DNA of 64,000 nucleotides from Patescibacteria group bacterium. Its GTDB lineage: Bacteria; Patescibacteriota; Dojkabacteria; GCA-002793355. Position numbers and translations under genes: made by a program. The notes beneath the pieces were generated by a model. It was not told where the DNA came from. It ran no database searches and saw nothing but the letters and a program-made list of their open reading frames with translations. The stretch is taken from contig BOKM01000001.1 of the NCBI GenBank assembly GCA_016860985.1, positions 856,040 to 920,039 on the forward strand. Direction: 5' to 3'. Position 1 is the stretch's first letter, and each line of letters starts with the position of its first letter. This document shows, one piece after another, positions 39,960 through 49,760 of the stretch.

Positions 39960-40024
39960 TCGAGAGTGTCAGGCCTGTTCTACACATTTTCGATATATTT
40001 TATGAAAAAGGTGTAAAATACTGC

Positions 40025-40675
40025 ATGGGTGAACCTGTTGCTGCAGAAGTCGAATCACGTATGCCGTATCGGTCATTTGATGTGGCGGTTGCCGTACGAG
40101 AGGGTGCTCAAGAGTATACTTTAACCCCAAACGAATCGAATTTACCACAAGGTGTCGATATCTTTACAGAAGGGCTTATGAACGTTGCGACGTTGCTTCG
40201 TGCAGACACAGGGTACAAAACAACTGGAACTCGCGAAGTTTATGATATTCCTTGGCAAACACGTCAACTCTATTCTCTATTTGTAAGCCCCTCCGAAGAT
40301 GCGTTTAAAAAGGCAACTTCAATTCCAGCTGAAGCGCATGTGGCGCTCAAGCAAATAAGAGTTATAACCTTAGATAAAGAATTTGGAGATAGAACCGACC
40401 ATGTGGGAGACCGTGCCTCTATTGAATGTGACATCGAAATCGAAGGTAAACCGACACACGTAACGATACGATTATCACAAAAAGCAATTCACGAAGAATC
40501 TGAGACGCATGATTTAGCCCAAAACACTGTTCAGGGTTTCTTTGACCGAACCGGCGAGCTGCGCAGGGGTGTGCGTATGGTTTCGGGGCTTGTTGTGTGG
40601 GATATGTCTGTTGAGTTAAAAGATATGTCAATTCCCGCCCCAAAGAGAAGGCTTTTAAGATTTGGAAATACATAA
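40025..40675 (+). CDS. hypothetical protein
   Basis: 216-aa ORF, no motif recognised. Confidence 0.3.
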   Translation: MGEPVAAEVESRMPYRSFDVAVAVREGAQEYTLTPNESNLPQGVDIFTEGLMNVATLLRADTGYKTTGTREVYDIPWQTRQLYSLFVSPSEDAFKKATSIPAEAHVALKQIRVITLDKEFGDRTDHVGDRASIECDIEIEGKPTHVTIRLSQKAIHEESETHDLAQNTVQGFFDRTGELRRGVRMVSGLVVWDMSVELKDMSIPAPKRRLLRFGNT

Positions 40676-41438
40676 CGCTATGGAAAAGGGCTGTTTGTAC
40701 ATGATTGCAACTCCGATTGGAAACTTGGGTGATATATCGCAACGCGCATTAGACATTATTGAGCAATGTGATTATCTTGTGTCAGAAAATCCGTCAACAA
40801 CAAAAAAATTATTAACAAAATACGGAATAAGCAAACCTGTTCGTTGGTATCGCGAGAGTAATCATAAAGGTATGAGTCCTTTGATTATTGAGGACATTTT
40901 GTACAAGCACCTTCATGTTGGTGTGGTATCCGAAGCGGGAACACCGGTTGTTTCGGACCCAGGGGCAAAGCTCCTCTCCGACGCCTATTCAAAAGGAGTA
41001 ACGGTAATACCAATTCCAGGAGCGTCTTCGGTTACGACTGCGATTAGTGCGTTTCCTGTTGCAAGTTCCAAATTTCTATTTTGGGGATTTGCACCACGTA
41101 AAGAAGGAGAATTCAAACGCTCTATAACTGAGCAACTATCCTTTCTTGTAAAAGAAAAGGTAGCAATAGTCTATTTTGAGTCGCCGTTTCGACTAAAGAA
41201 AACACTTGGTTACTTATCTTCATTGGCTGCTGAGTTACTGGATAAAGATCTCGAATTAAAAGTAGGGCTTGGAAAAGAAATGACAAAGTTGTTTGAGCAC
41301 TACACTTTTGATACCCCCGAGGGTATATTAAATGCCGAAAATCGGGAGTTCAAACTAGATAAAGGTGAATCGACTCTTGTGATTGTCGTAAAAAAAAGGC
41401 ATACTGAACGTAATGAGCAGCCCCTGGACGATAATTAA
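40662..41438 (+). CDS. rsmI: 16S rRNA (cytidine1402-2'-O)-methyltransferase, tetrapyrrole-methylase fold
   Basis: LYMIATPIGNLGDISQRALDIIEQCDYLVSE matches RsmI N-terminus. Confidence 0.8.
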   Translation: MEIHNAMEKGCLYMIATPIGNLGDISQRALDIIEQCDYLVSENPSTTKKLLTKYGISKPVRWYRESNHKGMSPLIIEDILYKHLHVGVVSEAGTPVVSDPGAKLLSDAYSKGVTVIPIPGASSVTTAISAFPVASSKFLFWGFAPRKEGEFKRSITEQLSFLVKEKVAIVYFESPFRLKKTLGYLSSLAAELLDKDLELKVGLGKEMTKLFEHYTFDTPEGILNAENREFKLDKGESTLVIVVKKRHTERNEQPLDDN

Positions 41439-42192
41439 ACTTGGAGGATCACTTCTCTCCCCATACGAAACCGCATCAAAATCGTTGCAGATTGGTCAAT
41501 TGCCCTTTGATTTAGCATATACCAACGAATTATTAGACGAGTTAAAACGTGTAGGAAAAAAGTGTGTACTAGTTGTTGGTGGTGGGTTTCTCAATCGATG
41601 GTATCTACAATAATTTAAAGAACTTAAGCTTCAAAAGCCCGAAACCGTTACCGATTTTCACATGGTTGGTATGGCTGCTTCTGATATCAACGCAACGCTT
41701 TTTCGAATGTTCTCTGCCGAAAAATTAGGTTACAAGAACGTTTTTCCATATGTGGTTAAGTACCAAGACTACGAGAATTTGGCCTCTCTCCGGTCTGAGT
41801 TCGAAAAATATCAACTCGTAATTGCTGCAGGTTGGAAACCGGGGCATAGCCACGATGTCGACGCACTGATGTTTGCTTCGCTTTTTGGAGTTGCTTCTGT
41901 GTATAGCTTTAAAAACATTGATGGTATTTATACGGGTGACCCTCGAAAATCGGCAACCGCAGCTAAAAAGAAAACGCTGACGTGGGAAATGTACCGAAAT
42001 ATTATTAAAGAAACCACACATGTTCCTGGGGCAAGTTTTCCCATTGATGCAGTGGCTGCACAACTTGCAGAGCGCATGGGTATAGGGTTTGTGGTAATTG
42101 ACGGACGAGACACTCGCGCAGTTAGGGAATTAATGTCAGAGGGGCTTACCACTCGTGGTTCAACTATCTTGCCAACAGTAGCGCATTCATAG
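41413..42192 (+). pseudogene. pyrH: archaeal-type UMP kinase (amino-acid-kinase fold) interrupted by a single in-frame TAA at 41611-41613
   Basis: ORFs 41413-41613 and 41662-42192 share one frame; IIKLGGSLL…VLVVGGGFLNRWYLQ*FKELKLQK…GWKPGHSHDVDAL…NIDGIYTGDPRK is colinear with archaeal-type UMPK and the stop falls at a position that should be a sense codon. Confidence 0.6.
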
Positions 42193-42982
42193 CGGTATGT
42201 TGTAGAAGTTTTGCTACAGTTACGGGGCCAACTCCACCCGGAACAGGGCTATATGCTGTAAGGTATCCATTCGCAGCTGTTGTATCAAAATCACCAACAA
42301 TTTTTCCTTCACTATTTTTGCTAGTTCCAACATCAATAAGTATTGCACCTTGCTTTAGGTCCTGTGCGTTATAAATATGGGGCTTACCAACACAACTGAT
42401 AACGATATCTGCCCTTTTTAAATGTTCAGGCTTGTTTGGTGTCGATTCATCAATTACCTTATAGTGTGTTAGTCCTTTTTTATTGAGTAGATGCGCAACC
42501 GAACCACCGACGTAAGGTGATGAACCAATTACGGTTATATGCTTGTCTTTCAATTTCTCTTTTTCAAGCAGTTCCCAAACTGCAGCTGCAACCGCGGTTG
42601 GGTAAGGTGAGCTCTGAAGAAGCAGGCCATCAACATCGAGATTCTTCGGAATCAATTTGAGTATTCGTTCGCTAGAAAAGCCACTTGGAAGTGGCAATTG
42701 AATCATAATTCCATCAACACTGTTTTTTATTGAGGAAATGTGTTCGCTAATTACTCTCATTACTTCTTCTTCGTTTGTTATTGGGATTTGATAAATATCA
42801 ACTTGAATTCCGATTGCTATGCCCTTCTTTTGCTTCAACGAAACAAAAAGTGAAGAGGCATCATTATTCCCTACCTGAATAATTGATAATCGAGGCGAGA
42901 GTTTGTTTATAGAAATAAGCTCTTTTGTTTGCTGCAAAATTGTTGTTGCATGTAGAGTTCCGTCTATTCGTCTGGTTAACAT
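42164..42982 (-). CDS. folD: bifunctional methylenetetrahydrofolate dehydrogenase/methenyl-THF cyclohydrolase
   Basis: 272 aa; …GKPHIYNAQDLKQGAILIDVG… and SPVPGGVGPVTVAKLL C-terminal motif. Confidence 0.85.
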   Translation of the reverse strand: MLTRRIDGTLHATTILQQTKELISINKLSPRLSIIQVGNNDASSLFVSLKQKKGIAIGIQVDIYQIPITNEEEVMRVISEHISSIKNSVDGIMIQLPLPSGFSSERILKLIPKNLDVDGLLLQSSPYPTAVAAAVWELLEKEKLKDKHITVIGSSPYVGGSVAHLLNKKGLTHYKVIDESTPNKPEHLKRADIVISCVGKPHIYNAQDLKQGAILIDVGTSKNSEGKIVGDFDTTAANGYLTAYSPVPGGVGPVTVAKLLQHTAMNALLLAR

Positions 42983-42996
42983 CTCTTTTACACGTA

Positions 42997-44349
42997 CTAT
43001 TTAATTTCGAGCCAATCTTTTGTCATTCTGGGAATATTGCGGAGAACAAATTCGGGGTCCTTGTTTGCGCATAACTCTTTGACTGCATATTCCAAGAAAA
43101 CAGTATTTTGACTTCCCTCAAATAATACTACACTTTGAGGTTCAATAACTTCGAGTATATGAAAACTGAGCTGCTTGCCGTTTTCAAACCAGTAGAGATT
43201 TTCATTAAGCGTTTTACCTGCCTGTTCTGCAGCCGGAATACCAAAATTCTTCATGTTTGAATTGGTAAGAATCAGAATATCTGAGGCCTTTGCTGCAGCG
43301 GTAACAACACGTTCGTATTCTTGTTTCTCAATCGTTCCTAATTCACGTAAGTCGCCAAGTACAATAATTTTCTTTCGTCTTCCTTTTCTTGCGACTTCTT
43401 TACAAACAGAAAAGAGTTCGACTGCAGCCATTGGATTTGCGTTATAAGAGGAGTCAATAATGATCGAGTTTTCCAATCCTGGAAGTAGTGTTGAGCGTCC
43501 TGGATCAGGGGCATAGTTTTCTGGCAATTTCGCGAGTGAAGTTCGTAAATCTTTTTTTAGAAGCGACAATATTCGCGTCGCGATTGTAATAGTCATCTTT
43601 GCAGCGCTAGGTAACACGATATTGGGAATAAAAGTTGAAATCTTTCCTTTTGATGTATTAACAGCAAAGGAGATCCCTTCTGAGGTGTTTTCCCATTCCG
43701 CTATGGTGTTTTCGACGTCTTTGTTAGTAATAACCGTCATATGTTTTAACGATTCTGTTGAGATGTAGGCTGCGGCTTGTTGTGTGACCAAGGCATTGTT
43801 CGTTTGGGGAATCGAGGAAAGAAGTTTCGCTTTTTCTAATGCAATCGTTTGGTTAACTTCGTGAAGTCTTGACTCACCGGTAATACTTGAAGAAATTGCA
43901 TTGTCAAACTGTGACCCGTGTACGGGTGATATTGAAAGTAATACGCCAATGTGAGGTTTAACGATACTTAATAGATATTCCATATTTTGAGGGGAATGCG
44001 GACTGTCTATTCCATATTCAATAACAAAGACATCGTAATGCTGATGCGAAAAAAGAATGGTCGAAATTCCCTTTAATAATACCAATGGATATTCCCACAT
44101 TCTGTAATGTCGAACAGGAATATTGAGAATTTCGTAAGGAATGCCTGTTTCGGAATTCCCTTTTTTGGTACTTTTAAGTCTTTCTTTATAGTGTGGTTTC
44201 AACATGCCTACGAGTAACTCCTTACTGGTTGTTTTTCCAGAAGACCCCGTAATACCGATAATAATAGCGTTCTTGTTCTTTCGAAGCTCGATTTTAGAAA
44301 GAAACCGTAGAGCTCGTAGATAGAAGGCTTTGGTCATCATTTTTATCAT
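42997..44349 (-). CDS. murF: Mur ligase family, UDP-MurNAc-tripeptide--D-Ala-D-Ala ligase-like
   Basis: IIGITGSSGKTTSKELL P-loop, DSSYNANPMA and GDLRELG motifs typical of MurF. Confidence 0.7.
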   Translation of the reverse strand: MIKMMTKAFYLRALRFLSKIELRKNKNAIIIGITGSSGKTTSKELLVGMLKPHYKERLKSTKKGNSETGIPYEILNIPVRHYRMWEYPLVLLKGISTILFSHQHYDVFVIEYGIDSPHSPQNMEYLLSIVKPHIGVLLSISPVHGSQFDNAISSSITGESRLHEVNQTIALEKAKLLSSIPQTNNALVTQQAAAYISTESLKHMTVITNKDVENTIAEWENTSEGISFAVNTSKGKISTFIPNIVLPSAAKMTITIATRILSLLKKDLRTSLAKLPENYAPDPGRSTLLPGLENSIIIDSSYNANPMAAVELFSVCKEVARKGRRKKIIVLGDLRELGTIEKQEYERVVTAAAKASDILILTNSNMKNFGIPAAEQAGKTLNENLYWFENGKQLSFHILEVIEPQSVVLFEGSQNTVFLEYAVKELCANKDPEFVLRNIPRMTKDWLEIK

Positions 44350-44464
44350 AGTGCAAACGTATTATACCATTTTTTCGGTAATTTTTGATTTTCACCCTGT
44401 AAAACTTGTGATAGTATAGGTATGTGGCATGCAGTAACTCGCCATTAAACTATTACACAAATAC

Positions 44465-46648
44465 ATGAAAACAGATTTATTTTGGGGAGCGTCATTTCTT
44501 CTAGGTTTTCTGTTCGCGTTCGCAGTACTACAAACCACTCCAGGTGTTGGTATCTTTTTAGGAGTAAATATGCTAGTTGCATGTTTGTGGTATTTTGGGC
44601 AAAAAAACGTCAAAGCAAAAGAATTAGCAGCAGATTCACGTAGCCAGCTCCTTCTTTATGTTTTAACCGGATTCTATGTACTTTTGACCTTTCCATATCT
44701 ATATCGACTTGATCTGGTTATTGTTGGTCTTCTTGTATTCTTTCATGTCAGCTTTTTGGTCGTGGGAGCGCTCTATTTCTCTTTCCCAGGTGCTCTAAAA
44801 TTAGTTGATATTCTTGGAGTTTGTTTGTCGCCACTCATTTTTGGCGTTACTTGGTTGATAGAATCAATCAAATCCTTTTTCGAGTTATTCAAAGAAAATG
44901 GGAATGTTGTTCGACTTGTGTTAAAAGTGATTCTTTATTCCGCTGCTTCCTTAATCATATTTATCCTTTTTGCAAAGCTACTTTCTGTTGCTGACTCTGA
45001 GTTCAAAACACGGATCGAAGCGATTCTAGAAATGCTTGATCTAATAGAGGTTATGCAACGAACAGCAGTTGCGGTTGTTATGTCTTTTGTCTCTGCGGGG
45101 TTATTGTCTTTGGTTGGCTATTCTAAGATTCTTCATTTTATTGGAATTACGACTGTGGAAAGAGCTGAAGAAATTGGCAAGAAACTCGATGCAACCCAAG
45201 AAGTCAGAAAGAGTGATGCCTTACTACCAGTTATTATTACTGTGCCTGTACTACTTTTGTTTGGATTTTATGTCTGGGTTCAATTTGAATATTTGTTCGG
45301 GCAAGATGTAACGTCGATTCTTACAAAATATTCATTTTCCGATTATGCACGAAGAGGATTTATTGAGTTGTTGGTAGTTGGAGGTTTAACTTATCCTCTA
45401 CTTGCCTGGTCTATGAGTCAGTCAAAGAGCAATTGGATTATGACTCGTGTAACCTCACTTGTGGTAAACACGGGGATTGTTGGTGCAATGATTGTTATGT
45501 TGTATTCGCTTATAGTCAGATTGAATCTTTATATGGGTGCATACGGACCTTCTGTTCTTCGATATTACGTGGTTATTGCCGCAGTGTTTATCGCAATTGC
45601 ATTACTCTCGTACGAAGTGTTTGCTATTTTTAAAGCTATCAAACCGAATGGCGCTCTCTTTCGTGGGCGGTTATTCTCTGATTACGTCGTCGTTGCGCTA
45701 CTTGTGTCACTTGGCTTACTCGGAACTATTGCAATTTACCCTTGGAATGCGCGCGTAATGTCAAAAATTACTGAGAATTACGAAAAGAATTCTAAAATTG
45801 ATATCGCGCAGGTAATCGAGATGCCTTTAGAGGTGGAAGATAAGGTCTTTGTGCTTGGTAAAACACTTGAAGCAGATGGGAACAAAGAGGCAGGCTTGCT
45901 CTTGCAAGCCCATGCTGTCAAAGAAATTGCTTCATATAAAGAATCGACTCAGGAATCAGTATTCTCGAGACTGTTTGGTACAAATCTTACAGGTCTTACG
46001 TTATCGAAGAGTGTTAATGTTACCCAAAAAGAGGAGCTTGCAAAAAGATTTGTTGATACGATGAATGAACGCATTTCCTTTGTTGCTAATGGCTACATAG
46101 ATGCAATTGTAAGAAACGATTTTACTGCGGCAAGAGCATTTTACGACAAAAATATGAAAGCAAACGATATTGCAGGATTCGCCCCATATGTGTGGGTAAA
46201 TCGCAAGGAAGACAGTCAAATGACATTCGATATGGTACGCAACGATTTGTTTGTAGAGAACTTCCTTTCTGGTGTAACTTCTACCAATTCATATAACTTA
46301 CTTCTTGTTTCTAGAAAACAAGATAATGCAACCGTAAGTGTTGACGAAACATCACTATCTCTCGTGTTTGCATTCAGAGACGCCCAAGTCGCAATAACTG
46401 ATAGTACGCTTATCCTCGCCTATTTACCTGATGCAATCTCTGCAGACGGATACAATTACGACATGTCGAGATATGGATATAAACAGTTCTGCAAAGTACC
46501 CACACTTGATGTTATTTTCTCAGAAAATATGGGGTGCAGTTCACAAGATGTAACAGGGGCCTACTACGAAACAAAACCAACAGATAATGGGTACTACCAA
46601 CCGATGGGAAGCTTTGTAAAATCAGATTTTGTCACTGAATCCAAATAG
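44465..46648 (+). CDS. polytopic membrane protein (~12 TM) with ~300-aa C-terminal extracytoplasmic domain, unknown function
   Basis: 727-aa ORF; N-terminal 430 aa almost entirely hydrophobic helices; no family recognised. Confidence 0.45.
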   Translation: MKTDLFWGASFLLGFLFAFAVLQTTPGVGIFLGVNMLVACLWYFGQKNVKAKELAADSRSQLLLYVLTGFYVLLTFPYLYRLDLVIVGLLVFFHVSFLVVGALYFSFPGALKLVDILGVCLSPLIFGVTWLIESIKSFFELFKENGNVVRLVLKVILYSAASLIIFILFAKLLSVADSEFKTRIEAILEMLDLIEVMQRTAVAVVMSFVSAGLLSLVGYSKILHFIGITTVERAEEIGKKLDATQEVRKSDALLPVIITVPVLLLFGFYVWVQFEYLFGQDVTSILTKYSFSDYARRGFIELLVVGGLTYPLLAWSMSQSKSNWIMTRVTSLVVNTGIVGAMIVMLYSLIVRLNLYMGAYGPSVLRYYVVIAAVFIAIALLSYEVFAIFKAIKPNGALFRGRLFSDYVVVALLVSLGLLGTIAIYPWNARVMSKITENYEKNSKIDIAQVIEMPLEVEDKVFVLGKTLEADGNKEAGLLLQAHAVKEIASYKESTQESVFSRLFGTNLTGLTLSKSVNVTQKEELAKRFVDTMNERISFVANGYIDAIVRNDFTAARAFYDKNMKANDIAGFAPYVWVNRKEDSQMTFDMVRNDLFVENFLSGVTSTNSYNLLLVSRKQDNATVSVDETSLSLVFAFRDAQVAITDSTLILAYLPDAISADGYNYDMSRYGYKQFCKVPTLDVIFSENMGCSSQDVTGAYYETKPTDNGYYQPMGSFVKSDFVTESK

Positions 46649-47293
46649 TAGATACGTGAGTACCTGTTTGGGCGAAACATTGCTTCTTAGATACTCACTG
46701 CATTTTTGTAAAAGTTGCAACTTCGATTGAGTATCACTGCCCTTTTGCAAGTGAATATAGAGCTCACTCAAAAATGTTTCTGCGGACTGTCTGGTCCATT
46801 CTTTTTTTTGTATATGAGCATAGCCTTGTAAGATATCTGTGTTCGCTTCCGTAAAGTAGGACAATGTTTCGCTTAATTCTCTCTCCTTATTGCCCTGAAG
46901 TGAGCCCCCGAGATATTTTACGGTAGCTCTCGAGCGAATAGTAGGTAGCAAAGAGTTTTCGTCGACAACTGCCAAAATGTAATGTACCGTTTTGGGGTGG
47001 TCTTCTAACTCCTTAAGCATGGCATTCTGCGCCTCGGGGGTAGTTTTCTCAAACCCAAGAATTATCCCAAGATGAAGCGGTGCCTTAAAGGGCTTTTTGT
47101 GTAGAATTCGAGTAAATGCGCGTATATCAGCGATCCCAATCGACTCTTGTTCGTAGCCATTGAGCAAGTGAACGTCCGGATGCACGCACTCTTCTATATT
47201 GGTTACATCTAGACTCTCAATCCGTTCACGTATCATTAACGACAATTCGTTCTTAATTACGTCAAGGTCATTCCCAATTATTAGAAATGTCAT
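46622..47293 (-). CDS. holB: DNA polymerase III delta'-like subunit (short form lacking P-loop)
   Basis: …TPEAQNAMLKELEDHP…LPTIRSRATV matches the clamp-loader delta' sensor-2/arginine-finger region. Confidence 0.5.
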   Translation of the reverse strand: MTFLIIGNDLDVIKNELSLMIRERIESLDVTNIEECVHPDVHLLNGYEQESIGIADIRAFTRILHKKPFKAPLHLGIILGFEKTTPEAQNAMLKELEDHPKTVHYILAVVDENSLLPTIRSRATVKYLGGSLQGNKERELSETLSYFTEANTDILQGYAHIQKKEWTRQSAETFLSELYIHLQKGSDTQSKLQLLQKCSEYLRSNVSPKQVLTYLLFGFSDKI

Positions 47294-49644
47294 GATGTTT
47301 CTTCAGTAACTGGCCATGATGCGTAGCTAAGGGTTTTGCTTTCGGTCGAAGCTTTTGGATACGAATCCCACAGGTATTCTGTTATGAAAGGAATATAGGG
47401 GTGTAGCGATTTTAGATAGACACCAAGTACGTACCACAACGTCCATTGACCAGCTTTTCGAGAGGCAATTGCTTCTGGTGAATTGTTTATGGGGTTGCCT
47501 TCTTTGTCTTTTGTGTACAATCGCTGTTTTACCTGTTCAAGGTATGTATCACAGAAATCGTGCCAGAACGATTGAATAAGATCGACAGCAACAATGCCAA
47601 AGCGGAATTTTTTAATTTTTTGCTCCACCTGTAAGGCGATATCGCGAGCTTTCTGTAAAATCTGCCTATCTGCTTCTTCAAATGAAAGTGAGGACTCTTC
47701 TATTTCCCATGGTGCTGAAAGATCTTGAGTCGAGAAATTGACGTATTTTGCAGCATTCCAAAGTTTGTTGAGGAAATTGCGGTTACCAGCAAGTTTATCC
47801 GAATCAATTCTATAACTGGCTCCTGCTTTGTTTCCAACGATATACAGTAAGCGAATTGCATCTGCTCCATATTGCCCAACCAAATCGTCGAGTGTAATCA
47901 CGTTTCCTTTAGACTTACTCATTTTTTGTCCATCTGGTGCTTTTACAATGCCGTGAAGATACACATCTTTGAATGGAATCTGATTTGTTCTAAATAACCC
48001 AAGCATAATCATTCGAGAAACCCAGAATTCAAGGATGTCGTAGCCTGTTTCCATGGTATCTGTGGGGTACATGACATCGAGCAGCCCTTCTTTTTCGAGT
48101 GTAACGTATGGCCATTGTCCTGAGCTAAACCATGTGTCGAACACATTCTCATCTTGTATCCATTCTGAGCCAGGAGATGTTTTGGATACCTGAGCAAGTC
48201 CTTTCTGAACCGCGTCTGCAAAGTCTGTTACCTGCACTCCGTTGATGAGTTCAACAACTTTACCCTCTTCGTTGTATGTTGTTTCGATTTCTCCTTTGTA
48301 CCATACAGGGAATCGATAACCCCACCAAAGCGCTCTAGAAATTGGCCAATCACGAAGATTCTTCATCCAGTGGTTGTACTTTTTGGTCATGTATTTTGGA
48401 TGAATAGAGATGTCGCCATCTTTTACTGCTTGAATTGCTTTTGACTTCATGTCGTCGATTTTGATAAACCATTGACTTGACATGAGTGGTTCAATGATTG
48501 TTTTGCACCTTTCACAAACGGGAATTCGTTGAGAGATGGTCTCTTCTTTCTCAAATAAAGAGAGGGCTTTCATGTCGGTGAGCACTGCTTCTTTTGCTTC
48601 AATGGTAGTTAATCCTTTGTATTTTCCGATTGGGCCACACATTTTGCCTTCTGGATCAATAACATTAATCCAATCGACCTGATTGTTTGGATTGTTTTCA
48701 TTCCAACGAAGCATAATCTCGTAATCCTCTGGTGCATGTGCAGGTGTAAGCTTTAGGCAGCCAGTTCCGACTGAAGTGTCAACTTGCCCGTCGGTGATGA
48801 TTGGTATTTCGCGATTAACTAGCGGAAGAATAACAATCTGCCCGTGCAGCTCTTTATATCGGTCGTCTTCTGGATTTACCACAATTGCGGTATCTCCGAG
48901 CATTGTTTCTGGTCTTGTAGTTGCCACAGTAATGTGAGTGTGATTCCCTACGGGATTTTTAAGCGGATATTTCAAGTAATACATTGATGCCTCGCGTTCC
49001 TTTTTTTCGGTATCGATATCGGCGAGCGCTGTTTTACATGAAGGGCACCAGTTCACAATGCGAACACCCTTGTAAACTTTCTCCTTATCATAAAGCTGTA
49101 TAAATGTTGAGAGTACATTATCAACGATGGTTGGATCTAGCGTAAACACATTTCGGTCAAAATCTGCCGACAGTCCGATTCGCTTTTCATCTTTTAGAGC
49201 TTCGGCCATCATCCCTGTAAAATAGTCGTATGTTTCCTTATAAAACTGATCACGAGACATTGTCGCTTTTGACTTGCCTTGTGGTCTAAAGTGCTCTCGT
49301 AAAACGACAATTTCGCCTTGAATGCCTGCGTGGTCTTTTCCAGGAAAAAGTAATACCCTTTTTCCCTTCATACGCCAAAATCTCCCTAGAAGATCTTGGT
49401 AAGAATACCCAGATATATTCCCTAAGTGAGGTCTTCCGTATGCGTTTGGTGGTGGGTCAATAATAACAAATCGTCTTTCTGGGTGACCGTGTAGATATTG
49501 TTTTAACTCCTCTGTTGTATCGAGCTCTTGTTTTTCTGGATTGTATTCAGGTTTAAAAAAAGGATTCTTTTCCCAAAATTCCAAGACTGCGGGTTCAGTA
49601 ATTTGTGGGTTATACGGTCCTTTATATAGTTCGAAGTTTGCCAT
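47290..49644 (-). CDS. valS: valine--tRNA ligase
   Basis: 784 aa; HIGH-region PPPNAYGRPHLGN, editing (CP1) domain, KMSKSKGNVI. Confidence 0.85.
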   Translation of the reverse strand: MANFELYKGPYNPQITEPAVLEFWEKNPFFKPEYNPEKQELDTTEELKQYLHGHPERRFVIIDPPPNAYGRPHLGNISGYSYQDLLGRFWRMKGKRVLLFPGKDHAGIQGEIVVLREHFRPQGKSKATMSRDQFYKETYDYFTGMMAEALKDEKRIGLSADFDRNVFTLDPTIVDNVLSTFIQLYDKEKVYKGVRIVNWCPSCKTALADIDTEKKEREASMYYLKYPLKNPVGNHTHITVATTRPETMLGDTAIVVNPEDDRYKELHGQIVILPLVNREIPIITDGQVDTSVGTGCLKLTPAHAPEDYEIMLRWNENNPNNQVDWINVIDPEGKMCGPIGKYKGLTTIEAKEAVLTDMKALSLFEKEETISQRIPVCERCKTIIEPLMSSQWFIKIDDMKSKAIQAVKDGDISIHPKYMTKKYNHWMKNLRDWPISRALWWGYRFPVWYKGEIETTYNEEGKVVELINGVQVTDFADAVQKGLAQVSKTSPGSEWIQDENVFDTWFSSGQWPYVTLEKEGLLDVMYPTDTMETGYDILEFWVSRMIMLGLFRTNQIPFKDVYLHGIVKAPDGQKMSKSKGNVITLDDLVGQYGADAIRLLYIVGNKAGASYRIDSDKLAGNRNFLNKLWNAAKYVNFSTQDLSAPWEIEESSLSFEEADRQILQKARDIALQVEQKIKKFRFGIVAVDLIQSFWHDFCDTYLEQVKQRLYTKDKEGNPINNSPEAIASRKAGQWTLWYVLGVYLKSLHPYIPFITEYLWDSYPKASTESKTLSYASWPVTEETS

Positions 49645-49760
49645 GTGCGATTATAACGCAATCTTTATATATTTTGTACCTCTAGTTATTGTTATCTTTT
49701 TGATTAATAAACCAAACTAAGTATGTTTTCAGTCTGTGTGGTTTCTGCTATACTGATTTT

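Noticed and set aside
13425-42192. Possible stop-codon reassignment explaining the in-frame TAG (14040-14042) and TAA (41611-41613)
   Set aside because: TAA, TAG and TGA all terminate well-conserved genes at the expected positions in this window. miaA and hisS end in TAA, serS and the EamA gene in TAG, and pilD and the FkbM gene in TGA. A global code change is therefore unlikely, and the two cases are treated as local interruptions.
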